From Paraphysomonas bandaiensis (Eukaryota; Protista; Chrysophyceae): a DNA stretch of 31,061 nucleotides. How positions within the stretch are numbered: position 1 is the stretch's first letter; each line of letters starts with the position of its first letter. The DNA is taken from NCBI GenBank assembly GCA_965644295.1, contig CBFFRP010000484.1:1-31061 (forward strand), given 5' to 3'. Below the pieces are notes generated by a model, which made no database searches, was not told the DNA's origin, and worked only from the letters and a program-made list of their open reading frames with translations. A program made the translations under genes and the position numbers. Shown here one piece after another: positions 1-11,200 of this stretch.

Positions 1-1281
1 ACTACAGTGTTGTCACAGACGCTACGCACATACTGGAAGAATTCTTCACCACGGGTCAATGGCACTGGCGTAGATGCGATACACACCTCCTCACAGACCT
101 CGGTCCTATGCTAGGAGACGTTACAGATCTCCACCACCAGTGGGACCTCCATCAATACACCCTCCGACGAGATAGCATATGTATGCTGCACAAGCAGCGA
201 GACCCGCAGTAAATGGACACGCAGCGGAACAAGGCTCCCACACAAGCTCCATCCCCTCCGTACCCATAACTCCTCCAAACACTACATCCCCCTCATAGGC
301 GTAGTATACGCGAGACAGCATACGTATGGGACAAATCCTTTGCAATGGAGGTGAAAACCGAGCCAAAGGAAAATCGGACACGATCGCACAACGGCTTCCA
401 CATGCGCAGACTGTGCACACCCCACGAACCAACATGGCGCACATGCTTCTCACCTGCACTCACCCTGACATCATTCACATACGTGAAGATGTGCCAAGCA
501 CACCACAATAAGCTTGACAAACTTCGCACGCGCACGCTCCCCATCCCTGGTTTTACACCGCCATAACCAAACTAGCCAAAGCCGCATGGAACCCAGCCAC
601 CCCCAGGTTGAGCGCTACTGGACCGGCCACGTACTGCCACAAATGGCCGACGCATTCGGACGCCACATATCCAGCTCACTGCTCGAACATCAATTCCACG
701 CCCTAGAAAAATCCCATCGCCTCTATCCTACTCCCCCTATATGATGGAGGGCTCCGCATGCTTCCGCAATAGGGGACACAGACACCACAACGTAGACACG
801 GCACCAAGCGACGCAGTCCCGACACACGCAAAGCCCGCCAGCCCCAGGATACCCACCCGACACCAAAAGTACTCCAGCTCCGGAAGAGCATCCACCCCAC
901 GAACTACACTCTCTGCAAGAGCCCAGACTGACCAAGAGCCAGCGCAGCAGCAGACAGCCCTTTGTGGCCGAAACCCCACCTCCAACAACCAGCACCATCT
1001 CTCCACCACCGACTTGCACTCTCATATACAACTCGCCTCACCCACCCCCCAAATAATCCATGGCACAAGGCCCGCCAGACACATTGCCCAAAGGTAGACC
1101 CCCCGACTAACCTCACTACAAGGGACGGTTGCACCATGGTGCTCGCAGCGATGCACAAGCAGTCCCGAGACGGTTGCCCGCCACTAGCAGTATATAGCAA
1201 ATCTAGTTATTAGCTAGTCTATGAGACATAAACTAGTTTCTGTACGCAACCGTACTCATGTAATAATCTAGACTTTCATAT
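1..1281 (+). mobile_element. Decayed non-LTR retrotransposon (LINE) 3' part, copy A; runs off the window start
   Basis: Positions 1-1281 align with 1654-2952. Frameshifted peptide pieces (NRAKGK, MAHMLLTCTHP, ERYWTGH) match the CX2CX8HX4C knuckle region that is intact in copy C. Followed by a shared AT-richer 3' UTR ending ...GTAATAATC(T)AGACTTTC(A/C)TATA. Confidence 0.7.
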
Positions 1282-1282
1282 A

Positions 1283-2952
1283 CACCACGCCTGGCCTCAA
1301 CGCATACACCTACGAAACCCTTGCAATGTCAGCAGCACTGACATTCTCTCACTGTACTCCACTCTTCCGTGCCAATCTGGACTGGATTGTCAGGCGGTAC
1401 AGACGCGGACCAAAGAGGCCCTCTCACACAGACGGCGCGCCTTCGGAACAAAGCCCCAGGGAATATTCTACGAATGCCTCGCCACCACAGCTCTTAAAAC
1501 AGCGCCCAATAAAATGGACGCGCTTGCACCCCGAACGTAGAACCTGTCAAAGATCAAAGCAACTGGACCCACCACTGACCACGGCATTTATATAGCTGAC
1601 GCCGCCGCCAGTGGCGAATGGAAGACACTAGAGCAGAGTGCTCGGAGCCTCCAACTACAGTGTTGTCACAACTGACTAGATGAATTCTTCACCACGGGTC
1701 AATGGCACTGGCGAAGATGCGATACACACCTCCTCACAGTATCCTCGGCTCCCATGCTAGGAGACGTCACAGATCTCCACCACCAGTGGGACCTCCATCA
1801 ATACACCCTCCGACGAGATAGCATGTATGCTGCACAAACGCAGCGAGACCCGCAGTGTTGGACACGCAGCGGAACAAGGCTCCCACACACAAGTTCCACC
1901 CCCTCCGTACCCATAGCTCCTCCAAACACTACATCTCTCCCTTGCAGAGCGTATACGCGAGACGAAGCACACGTATGGGACAAATCCTTCGCAATGGGAA
2001 GAAACCGAGCCAAAGGAAAATCCGGACATGATCGCACAACGGCTTCCACATGCACAGATTGTGCACACCCCACGAGACAACATGGCGCACATGCTTCTCA
2101 CCTGCACTCATCCTGGACATCATTCATATACATGAAGATGTCCACCAAGCACACCACAATAAGCTTGACAAACTTCGCACACGCACGCCCCCATCCCTGG
2201 TTTTACACCGCCATAACCAAACTAGCCAAAGCCGCATGAGACAGCCAACCACCCCCAGGTTGAGCGCTACTGGACCGGCCACATTACTGCCACACAATTG
2301 GCCGACGCATTCGGACGCCACATATCCAGCTCACTGCTCGAACATCAGTTCCACGCCCTCGAAAAATCCATCGCCTCTATCCTACTCCCCCTATATGATG
2401 GAGGGCTCCGCATGATTCGCAATAGGGGATTCAGACACCACAACGCAGACACAGCACCGGCGACACCGGTCACGACACATTCACAGCAACGCCAGTTCCA
2501 GGATACTCACCCGACACCAAAAATACTCCAACTACTCCAGGCGACATCCACCCCAAGAACTACACTCTCTGCAAGAGTCCAGACCCGACAGAGGCAAGCG
2601 CAACCACTCCGGAAACAACTCCTCCTTACTTGTGGCCGAAACCCCACCTCAGCATCCAGCACCATCTCCACCACCGACTTACACTCTCATATACATCTCG
2701 CCTCATCCACCCCTCACATAATCCATGGCACAGGCCCACCAGACACATTGCCCAAGAGGTAGACCCCCCGACTAACCTCAATACAAGGGACGGTTGCACC
2801 ATGGTGCTCGAAGCGATGCACAAGCAGTCCCGAGACGGTTGCCCGCCACCTAGTAGTATTTAACAAATCTAGTTATTACTGTGGTTAGTTTATAGATATA
2901 ACCTAGTTTCTGTGCACAACCGTTCTCATGTAATAATCAGACTTTCCTATAT
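1283..2952 (+). mobile_element. Decayed, 5'-truncated LINE copy B with RNase H and CCHC knuckle remnants
   Basis: RNase H-like remnants NAYTYETLAMSAAL, IKWTRLHPE and GIYIADAAA at ~1300-1610. CTDC...HMLLTC follows, with frameshifts. Head-to-tail with copy A and has the same 3' end. Confidence 0.65.
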
Positions 2953-3208
2953 CTTTGTATAAGTGAGGGAGAAGATCTCTCATGGATGTGAGCCCTTGAA
3001 GTGCAGATAGGGTTAGTCAGAGGGGCTTTACAAGATACAAGATATTCAGAATACGTTGCCGGCTCTTCATATATAGATATGTAGTGTAGTGCAAACTTTT
3101 ATATTCAGCCCAGTAATCCAAAGTATCAATGTAAGGAAATATTGTTCCAGCCTAGTTAGATTGGTTAAATAACTACTTAGTCACACTAATTTCGGTGTAA
3201 AAACGTTT

Positions 3209-3931
3209 TCAAGTTATTATATAATTCCGCCCAACACGAAAATTTTTCGTATTTTGTTTATGTCCTAAAGCACTTTCAGGAGTGTCAAGTTTCTCATAAA
3301 CAACATCACCCACATTATATTTTGCTTTAATAGAATAGTTAATAAATCCAGGTTCATTAACTGTTAAATTTTCTCTGAATTCATTTAAATCTTCTCTAAC
3401 AGTAGGCACAATATCAGTCCAATCACGATATACTTTCTTTGTTTCTTTCTCTTTTTTATTCATATAACCGTTAAAAAGTCTTGCTAATTGCTTATTTAAT
3501 GCTTCAACATTAGCCATTTGTTTATGTCTATTGGGTAATGCAGCTTTATGCAATATTGAATTGTCATATAAGTATTTGAAAAAGACACCTTTAAATTCAT
3601 TTCCGTCATCAGTTCTTATAGAAGCATAAGGTTTATCAATATACTCTCGCTTAAAGCATTCTTTCATAGCATTTAAGACAGTTTGAGAATCTTTATTCTT
3701 GATTGGTTCAATGTCAAATCGTCTACTGAATAAATCACATATAACAAAACAATATCTATATCCTTGTGAAGTTGTAGGAAGTTCCAATAAATCAGCCATC
3801 ATATTATAATTAGCTTTTTGAACTGTGTTCTTTCTAATACTATTAAATTTCTTTTGTTTCTTTCTTTCTTTTGTATATGTTTCATCAATATCAAGTTTCT
3901 TTATTATGTCGTTGAATGATTTCTTAGTCAT
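3209..3931 (-). pseudogene. Polinton/mavirus-type rve (DDE) integrase, probably C-terminally truncated
   Basis: MMADLLELP, VICDLFSR, IRTDDGNEFKG and NVEALNK give the D-D-E triad, then YNVGDVV. Likely start is MTKKSF (ATG at 3931 after a TATATA tract). Viral-type sequence ends abruptly after FRVG (~3230). Confidence 0.85.
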
Positions 3932-4032
3932 ATATATATTATGTGTATATATAAAATATGAAATATCTATTTGCTTAATTTTATATAAAGTCATTTAAAA
4001 AAATAAAAATATATAGTATTATTATAACATAC

Positions 4033-4251
4033 ATGAACAAGTCAGAGAAGAATATTGCTTATCAAAAGGAATATTACAAAAAGAATAAAGACAAACTCAT
4101 AGCTTACAATTGCAAAAAGGTTAAATGCGAACTATGTGATAGGGAAGTTTGTAAAAACAGAATTAAATTACATTACAAAACGGCATTATGTAAGAGAACA
4201 CAAGAAGAGAAAAAGATGTTAGAAGAAAGAAAGAAAACAGAAACAAATTAA
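4033..4251 (+). CDS. Small basic zinc-finger protein, 72 aa
   Basis: YQKEYYKKNKDK followed by CELC-x12-H-x5-C; this style is common in large DNA viruses. Confidence 0.7.
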   Translation: MNKSEKNIAYQKEYYKKNKDKLIAYNCKKVKCELCDREVCKNRIKLHYKTALCKRTQEEKKMLEERKKTETN

Positions 4252-4441
4252 CACGATTTTGCCGATGTTATCACAATGATCATGTCAATACAATGACAAT
4301 GATGATGTGCAATATACAATAAGAATATGCAGATGTTGTGTATCATAAGATATACAACATTACTTAACCAATAAATTATTTATATCAAATCATTTATGTA
4401 ACTATTTTAAATCAATTTAAGTAACTATTTTAAATCGTAAC

Positions 4442-5111
4442 TTACGGAGTAATGAACGAATTTTCTCTTAAAATCCCCAATTCATCCATTTCAAAAACGC
4501 CATCGAACTGTTGAGACTTGACGAATTGAATTTCACTCTTCACGAAAGGAATCAAGAAGTTAATTGCCTGTGATTAAAACTAAGATATAGAATAACATAT
4601 ATTAATATACATACCTTTAAATTCACATCATGCTTTAATTTCTTTGACACGACATATTCTTTGAAACTTTCCAAGTGCGATATCAACTCTTCATAATCCT
4701 TCTTTGAGCTGAAATTCTCAATCCGCTCCATCAACTCGCAGAGTGATAGCTTGAATATGTTCTTTTCCTTGACACTCTTACTCCATTCAATGGCTTCAAT
4801 CCTTTTATTCTTTTCCTTTTTCAATATGGCGTGCTGTCTCCTTAATAAGTCGTCAAGAAGACCCTGTCATTCAACAATGAGAAACACAAACAACACTCAA
4901 AATAAATTACCTCTTTCTTGGACAATGATAATAATATAATTTGTTCGCGGACGCTTTGCCATTGATACTTGTTTATCTTTACAGGATCAATGTTATCATT
5001 GTTTAAAATATCATGCATTTCATTGATGATATTCTTGGATGATTGTAAAACACTCCTCACATCATCACTTTCATCAATATCATACATGTCAAGATGTTGT
5101 CTCTTAGCCAT
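4442..5111 (-). CDS. Spliced hypothetical protein, 191 aa; exons 5111-4911, 4863-4615, 4567-4442
   Basis: Two 47-nt GT-AG introns (4910-4864 and 4614-4568), both phase 0, join three ORF pieces in frame. ATG at 5111 is preceded by TATATA. Confidence 0.75.
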
Positions 5112-5195
5112 TATATATATGTATATAATCAATGGTGTTGTTGTTTTGTTATGGTTCATTCGCATTACATCATCATTCATTCATTCACTGTTTTC

Positions 5196-5590
5196 GGGGT
5201 TCGTGTATTCTGTTTTTGGGTTCAGAGATTCATTTTGGGGTTTGTGTATTCTGTTTTTGGGTTCAGAGATTCATTTTGGGGTTTGTGTATTCTGTTTTTG
5301 GGTTCAGAGATTCATTTTGGGGTTTGTGTATTCTGTTTTTGGGTTCAGAGATTCATTTTTGGGGTTTGTGTATTCTGTTTTTGGGTTCAGAGATTCGTTT
5401 TGAGGGTTCAGAGATTCGTTTTGAGGGTTCAGAGATTCGTTTTGAGGGTTCAGAGATTCGTTTTGAGGGTTCAGAGATTCGTTTTGAGGGTTCAGAGATT
5501 CGTTTTGAGGGTTCAGAGATTCGTTTTGAGGGTTTGGAGATTAATTTTGGGGGTTTGTGTATTCTTTTTTGGGGTTTGGAGATTGATTTT
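5196..5590. repeat. Compound tandem array: five 41-bp units, six 21-bp units, then degenerate copies
   Basis: GGGGTTTGTGTATTCTGTTTTTGGGTTCAGAGATTCATTTT starts at 5196, 5237, 5278, 5319 and 5361. GAGGGTTCAGAGATTCGTTTT repeats every 21 bp from 5402. Confidence 0.95.
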
Positions 5591-5812
5591 GATGGTTCGG
5601 AGTTCTTATATAGCAGCCATTTTTTGCTAAAAACAAAACGAAAAAATCCCAATTTTTATATAAAAACCTTTATTTATATAAAAACCCTTAATTTTAGAAA
5701 TAAAACCCCCAATTTTTTAAAAACCCTCGGTTTTAGTGTAAAAACCCCTTATAAAACCTTGAATTCTAATTTAAATATAGAATATAATAATGTAATGTTA
5801 TATTATATATAG

Positions 5813-7819
5813 ATGTCAATTTATACAAAGCCAAAAACAAGTAATAATACTATTTTCAATGCACAAAATCACAAGCAGATTGAAACAGCAAGAGTGATAT
5901 TAAACATGGCGGAATATGCAAGGTTAGACAATGCTAAATTTACAGCGAACGTTGAAATCTTGAATGGTAATAACTTAACCATAAACAATGAACCCCAGAC
6001 AGTTGCCTTTACAGATTCAAAAAATAATATGTTATTAGATATGAATACAAGATTATTAAACCTGACTGAAAATGAAATACAAACATTAGACGGTATAAAT
6101 ACCAATGAAACTATACAATCACAATTGAACACATTAACAGCAAGTTTTGAAGGTCTTGATGCTCTCCAAGATATAGACTTAATTAATATACCGAATTTAC
6201 AAACTGATGTGGCAAACTTACAAGCCCAAGATATAACATTACAGAACAGCATTGATACCAAACATGATATAATAGATGTAAATAATAAGTTGGATTCTTC
6301 ATTGGTATATGATTCAACAGAATTAAATACAATAGATAATGTTATATCATCATTACAAACTCAGATTACTAATAATGACACTGATATAACAAACTTACAA
6401 GCTCAAGATACAACACTACAAAACAATATAGATACCAAACACGATATAATAGATGTAAACAATAAGTTGGATTCTTCATTGGTTTATGATTCAACAAAAA
6501 CAGATACAATAGATAATATTATATCATCATTACAAACTCAGATTACTAATAACGATACAGACATAACAAACTTACAAGCTCAAGATACAACACTACAAAA
6601 TAATATAGATACCAAACACGATTTGATAGATGTAAATAATAAGTTGGATTCTTCATTAGTATATGACTCAACAGAAACAGATACAATAGATAATATTATA
6701 TCATCATTACAAAACAACATAGATACCAAACATGATATAATAGATGTGAATAATAAACTTGATTCATCATTAGTATATGATTCAACAGAAACAGATACAA
6801 TTGATAATGTTATATCATCATTGCAAACTCAGATTACTAATAACGATACAGACATAACAAACTTGCAATCTCAAGATGTTACACTTCAAAATAATATAGA
6901 TACCAAACATGATGTAATAGATATAAACAATAAGTTGGATTCTTCATTGGTCTATGATTCAACAGAAACAGATACAATAGATAATATTATATCATCATTA
7001 CAAACTCAGATTACTAATAACGATACAGATATAACAAATTTACAAACTCAAGATACTACATTACAAAACAACATAGATACCAAACATGATATAATAGATG
7101 TAAATAACAAGTTGGACTCTTCATTAGTATATGACTCAACAGAATTAGATACAATTGATAATGTTATATCATCATTACAAACTCAGATTACTAACAACGA
7201 TACAGATATAACAAACTTGCAAACTCAAGATACAACATTACAGAACAATATAAATGCTAAACATGATATAATCGATGTAAATAATAAGTTGGATTCTGGA
7301 TTAGTTTATGACTCCACATTTACTGATACAATTGACAACTTACTAAGTACAATAGACGGTAATATTACAACACTTGAAAATTCAAAATTGAATTTAACAG
7401 GCGGAACAATGACAGGAAATATAACAACTAAACAAATAAGCGAATCAATCAGCACAACATATACGTTTTCTTCAAATGTGTTGACATATAATTATAGCAA
7501 TGGTTCAATTATATATTTCAATGGTTTAACAAGTGATACAAATTTTGAACTTGACATAACGAATATTAATTCAAGCAACTTAACAAATACAAGTTTTACA
7601 GTTTCTGTTTTAATAGACACTTCAACATATAAGGCATATATAAACACTTTAAAAGTTAATACAGTTTCAGAAACGTTGAATGTATCAGGAGGACTCGCAA
7701 ATGTGGACATTAGCAATACGACAACATCAGGAGCAATATTACAAACAATAACAATAATATATACTAACTCAGGAACATCACCATCGAAAGTAATATCTAA
7801 TGTAGGTTCATATTATTAA
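5813..7819 (+). CDS. Fibre-like virion protein with 59-aa repeats, 668 aa
   Basis: Seven 177-bp-period repeats starting at 6254, 6431, 6608, 6722, 6899, 7076 and 7253, with heptad segments. KLNLTGGTMTGNI tail-fibre-type motif, then a beta-rich C-terminal domain. N-terminus is paralogous to the gene starting at 29485. Confidence 0.75.
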   Translation: MSIYTKPKTSNNTIFNAQNHKQIETARVILNMAEYARLDNAKFTANVEILNGNNLTINNEPQTVAFTDSKNNMLLDMNTRLLNLTENEIQTLDGINTNETIQSQLNTLTASFEGLDALQDIDLINIPNLQTDVANLQAQDITLQNSIDTKHDIIDVNNKLDSSLVYDSTELNTIDNVISSLQTQITNNDTDITNLQAQDTTLQNNIDTKHDIIDVNNKLDSSLVYDSTKTDTIDNIISSLQTQITNNDTDITNLQAQDTTLQNNIDTKHDLIDVNNKLDSSLVYDSTETDTIDNIISSLQNNIDTKHDIIDVNNKLDSSLVYDSTETDTIDNVISSLQTQITNNDTDITNLQSQDVTLQNNIDTKHDVIDINNKLDSSLVYDSTETDTIDNIISSLQTQITNNDTDITNLQTQDTTLQNNIDTKHDIIDVNNKLDSSLVYDSTELDTIDNVISSLQTQITNNDTDITNLQTQDTTLQNNINAKHDIIDVNNKLDSGLVYDSTFTDTIDNLLSTIDGNITTLENSKLNLTGGTMTGNITTKQISESISTTYTFSSNVLTYNYSNGSIIYFNGLTSDTNFELDITNINSSNLTNTSFTVSVLIDTSTYKAYINTLKVNTVSETLNVSGGLANVDISNTTTSGAILQTITIIYTNSGTSPSKVISNVGSYY

Positions 7820-7828
7820 AAATATATA

Positions 7829-8159
7829 ACTTGGATTGTGATATCCTGCGTACGGTAGTACACTGTACTGCAGTACACTGTACAGTAGTACATGGTACAC
7901 AGGTACACAGTACAGTGGTATACAGTACAGCGGTATACAGTACAGAGTATACAGTCATGGATAGTATACAGTGTCATGCATGATATATAGTACCGTATAG
8001 AGTATACTATACAGTACGACGTAGATGTTGGATTCAGTGTAGTACACCGAGGGCTGATTTTTGCCCTTGGAGTCATTTTGTTAGACTGATGTTATTTGGT
8101 CGCTTTGTAGATCAGCTCATAATTAAGCATTATTCGCTTTTCTGTTTCTCTTGCTTACG
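7829..8159 (+). repeat. 5' LTR, 331 bp
   Basis: Direct repeat of 14023-14353; reads ACTTGGATTG...TTGCTTACG. Confidence 0.95.
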
Positions 8160-8168
8160 TGGTAGCGG
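8160..8168 (+). promoter_or_regulatory. Primer-binding site, probably for initiator Met tRNA
   Basis: TGGTAGCGG lies directly after the 5' LTR. TGGTAGC is complementary to the ...GCUACCA end of many eukaryotic tRNA-iMet. Confidence 0.75.
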
Positions 8169-8201
8169 TTCTTTAACGATTTACTAACTTAACACCTTCC
8201 A

Positions 8202-11200
8202 ATGCCAGAGGTATACACTTTACCGGTTCGGGATAATGTTCAAGATCTTACCAAGGAGCAGTTGAAAGACCTGATTCCTCATTTGTGCAGAAGTGCTGTC
8301 GCGATCAAATCCTGGGACACACCAGGATATCCACTGAGTTCGGATGATTTTGATGATTATCGAATACATATGATTGATTTATTTCGAACAGCCTTGGTTT
8401 ATGATGTGATTGATGGTTCTTCTGTCAAACTGCCCCTTCCTGCACCAGATCTTGATGATGATGAAGCTGATTTGATTCGATTGAAACGGCAAATTTTTGA
8501 TGAGAAGTCTCAGATTGTTTATTCATTAATTTGTCATACCTTTAAAGAAAATATTCAAGGTTATGCTCATATGGGGAGAGTTTTACCAGGAGATGGAGTA
8601 AGTGCGTGGAACGGTTTAGAGGAATATATTGAACATACTCGTTCAAATACTACACATGTAGACGAGAAAATTCGATTTTACACAATGGAGCAGAAACGGA
8701 ATGAGTCTATTGATGCTTTTGCAAAGAGGATAATTGATGCTGCTGATCGATTGAATGTACCGATGAGAGATCGAAAACAAATATTGCTCAAAGGATATAT
8801 TGATGTTACTGGACATACTCATGTTCGGAAAATGATTCGGCTGAATACTGCTACGTTGAATTTTGAAGAGACATTGATTCATATTAGGGCAATTATGGCG
8901 ACTCCTGAATTTAGAGGATCAAAGAAACGTAAGAAGGAAGAACCAAGTGTTAGTCATTATTGCAAATATTGTAACAAAATGCGGAAACATACTTCGAATC
9001 AGTGTTTTAAGAAGCCCAAGCATTCTACTTCTACTCAGAGATTCAAATCCACAGTTCAATGCTATAAGTGCTTGCAAATGGGACATTATTCTAATGAATG
9101 CCCTGAGGATATTATGTCCAATGCTGAGGTACCACCGATTGCACAAGATGGAGGTGCTTTTCGTCCTCCGAGGAATGCTGCTGCGAATGGTCGTGGACGA
9201 GGACGTTCCCGAGGCGGTGGTCGTGGTGGTCGTGGTGGACGTGGTGGTCGTAGTAGTCGATCTACAGGTCGAGACACAATTCGTACTCGGTCTATTACAA
9301 ATGGTTCTTCAAGTAGTACTTCTAATCAACAGGATGGCAGACATGTTCAATTTGTTTTACCAGATGATTATGACAGTGAAGAGGATAATGGACGGAAACA
9401 GCGATCTGTATCAATGGTTTTAACATATGATATAGTACATTCTTGTGCAACTCCTTCGTTGAAGAAAGCAAATTTGATGAATATAGATGAAATTGAGTTC
9501 CTTCTCGATGGGGCATGTTTTGATCATCTTGTTAATGATATCAATTATTTTCAGGGCGAATTACAACTGTCAAATCATTTCATTTATGTTGCGGATAAGC
9601 ATCAGTTAAATTCTGATGGAATGGGACATGTATCATATTTTGGTAACGTTCAATTTTATCCAAATTTAGGAAGAAATTTATTATCAGAAGGTTTAATGTT
9701 TGAGCAAGGATGGAGATTTCAACAGCTGTGTAATGGTGATAAAATTGCTAATTTTACTGGAGATGGTTCACGTTATACGATTCATTTTAAACTCGAATCT
9801 CGATATTGGGTGGCGCGTTTACCAATTCATGCGCCACTGTTATGTGTTGGAAGCTCACGGGTATATGAGACTTCAACGGTTCCTTCCTTATCGTCAGTGA
9901 TTAATGAACGGAGTGCGAATATGTTCAATTTTGATCAGAAAGAAGTATTCACTGCGAGTATTTCTGACTTGTCTGAAGTTATATATACGGACACTACTTT
10001 AATCCCAAATAATACAACTGAACAGAGAATTATTTCTAAGTATGTTGCTTGGTGTCCAACTACAGAGTTAAAGAAGGATAAGAATGGAGAAGCGTTTCAG
10101 AATTCTAAAGGAGATATTCCTGTGAAAATGCCTACTGGTTTTGTCGCATTAACTGAGGATACATCTAGACGTTTACGAAATGATAATTCGTTAGTGGTCA
10201 CACAATCTGGGTGTGTTCCAAGAACTCAATTCCTCAGTAAAACGATGTATGAATTCATTTTATTGCATGTCAAATTGGGTCACGTAGCATATTCTACATT
10301 GTATGAAGCGTTGCGAGCGGGAAAACTAAAAGGGTTTCCATATTCATGGCGTCATATTGACATATCAGTATTACCTGCTTGTGACATTGATAAACGGTGC
10401 AAATCTACAAAGTTTCCGATTCCGCATCATACAAGACTACGAGCGACTCATAAAGGTCAGATACTTTATACAGATTTGAAAGGACCAATGTTAGTACCAG
10501 GACATCGAGGACATCGTTATTGGATGATATTTGTAGATGATAAGACTACGATGTCGTGGATTTATTTTCTTAAAAAGAAGTCGGACGCGCTTGTACACGG
10601 ACTTAAGCGTTTAGTACTTGAACATCTTCGTCCACAAGGGATTTCATCCTTTATGTTATTTTCAGATCCTGGAACGGAGTTTGTGAATGATGAATTTCTT
10701 AAGTATTGTATTGAGTCCAATATACGACATGTTACTACTCCAACTGGCAACAAGCGTTATTCGGCACTGGTGGAACGGATGAATAGGACAGTGGCAACAA
10801 AGGAGCGGTGTTTACGAACCTATGCTGGTTTACCGAAAATGACTTGGACTCTTTCTGCGGAGTTTGCCATGATGATGTATGTATTAACACCGTTGACTCA
10901 AACGTTGGATAGCCCATGGTATTTATGGTATGGTACTCATCCTTTTATAGGGAAATTACACGTTTATGGTTGTGAATGTTACTTACATGATTTACATTTT
11001 TCATCGTCTAAAGGAGGTAATCCTGGAGAGTTAGTCCGATTTGTTGGTTATACTCCACATTCCTTATCGACGTTCAAAGTATATCGACCTAGGACAGGGA
11101 GAGTGATTGAGTCAACAGATGTGCGATTTATAGAAACACCACTCAAGTTAGTTTCTCCGTTTGGACGAATGGAGGTCTTACACGATGAAAGTGATGATGA

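Noticed and set aside
121-2863. Many short overlapping ORFs as independent genes
   Set aside because: Frameshifted pieces or antisense shadows of the decayed LINE.
4248-4445. Third intron starting GTAAGT at 4445 (minus strand) that would extend the spliced gene to ~4248
   Set aside because: The donor is good, but the acceptor is a weak AAG and the frame already ends at TAA 4444-4442. Needs RNA data.
5196-5590. CRISPR array or telomere
   Set aside because: There are no unique spacers, and the TTTTGGGG-like cores sit inside longer units rather than a pure telomeric run.
5094-5812. Long ORFs 5094..5630, 5132..5812, 4969..5403 and 5353..5652
   Set aside because: They are open only because they cross a stop-free tandem repeat.
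7816-8076. Cys/Tyr-rich ORFs 7816..8076 and 13983..14270
   Set aside because: Antisense translations of the repetitive LTR.
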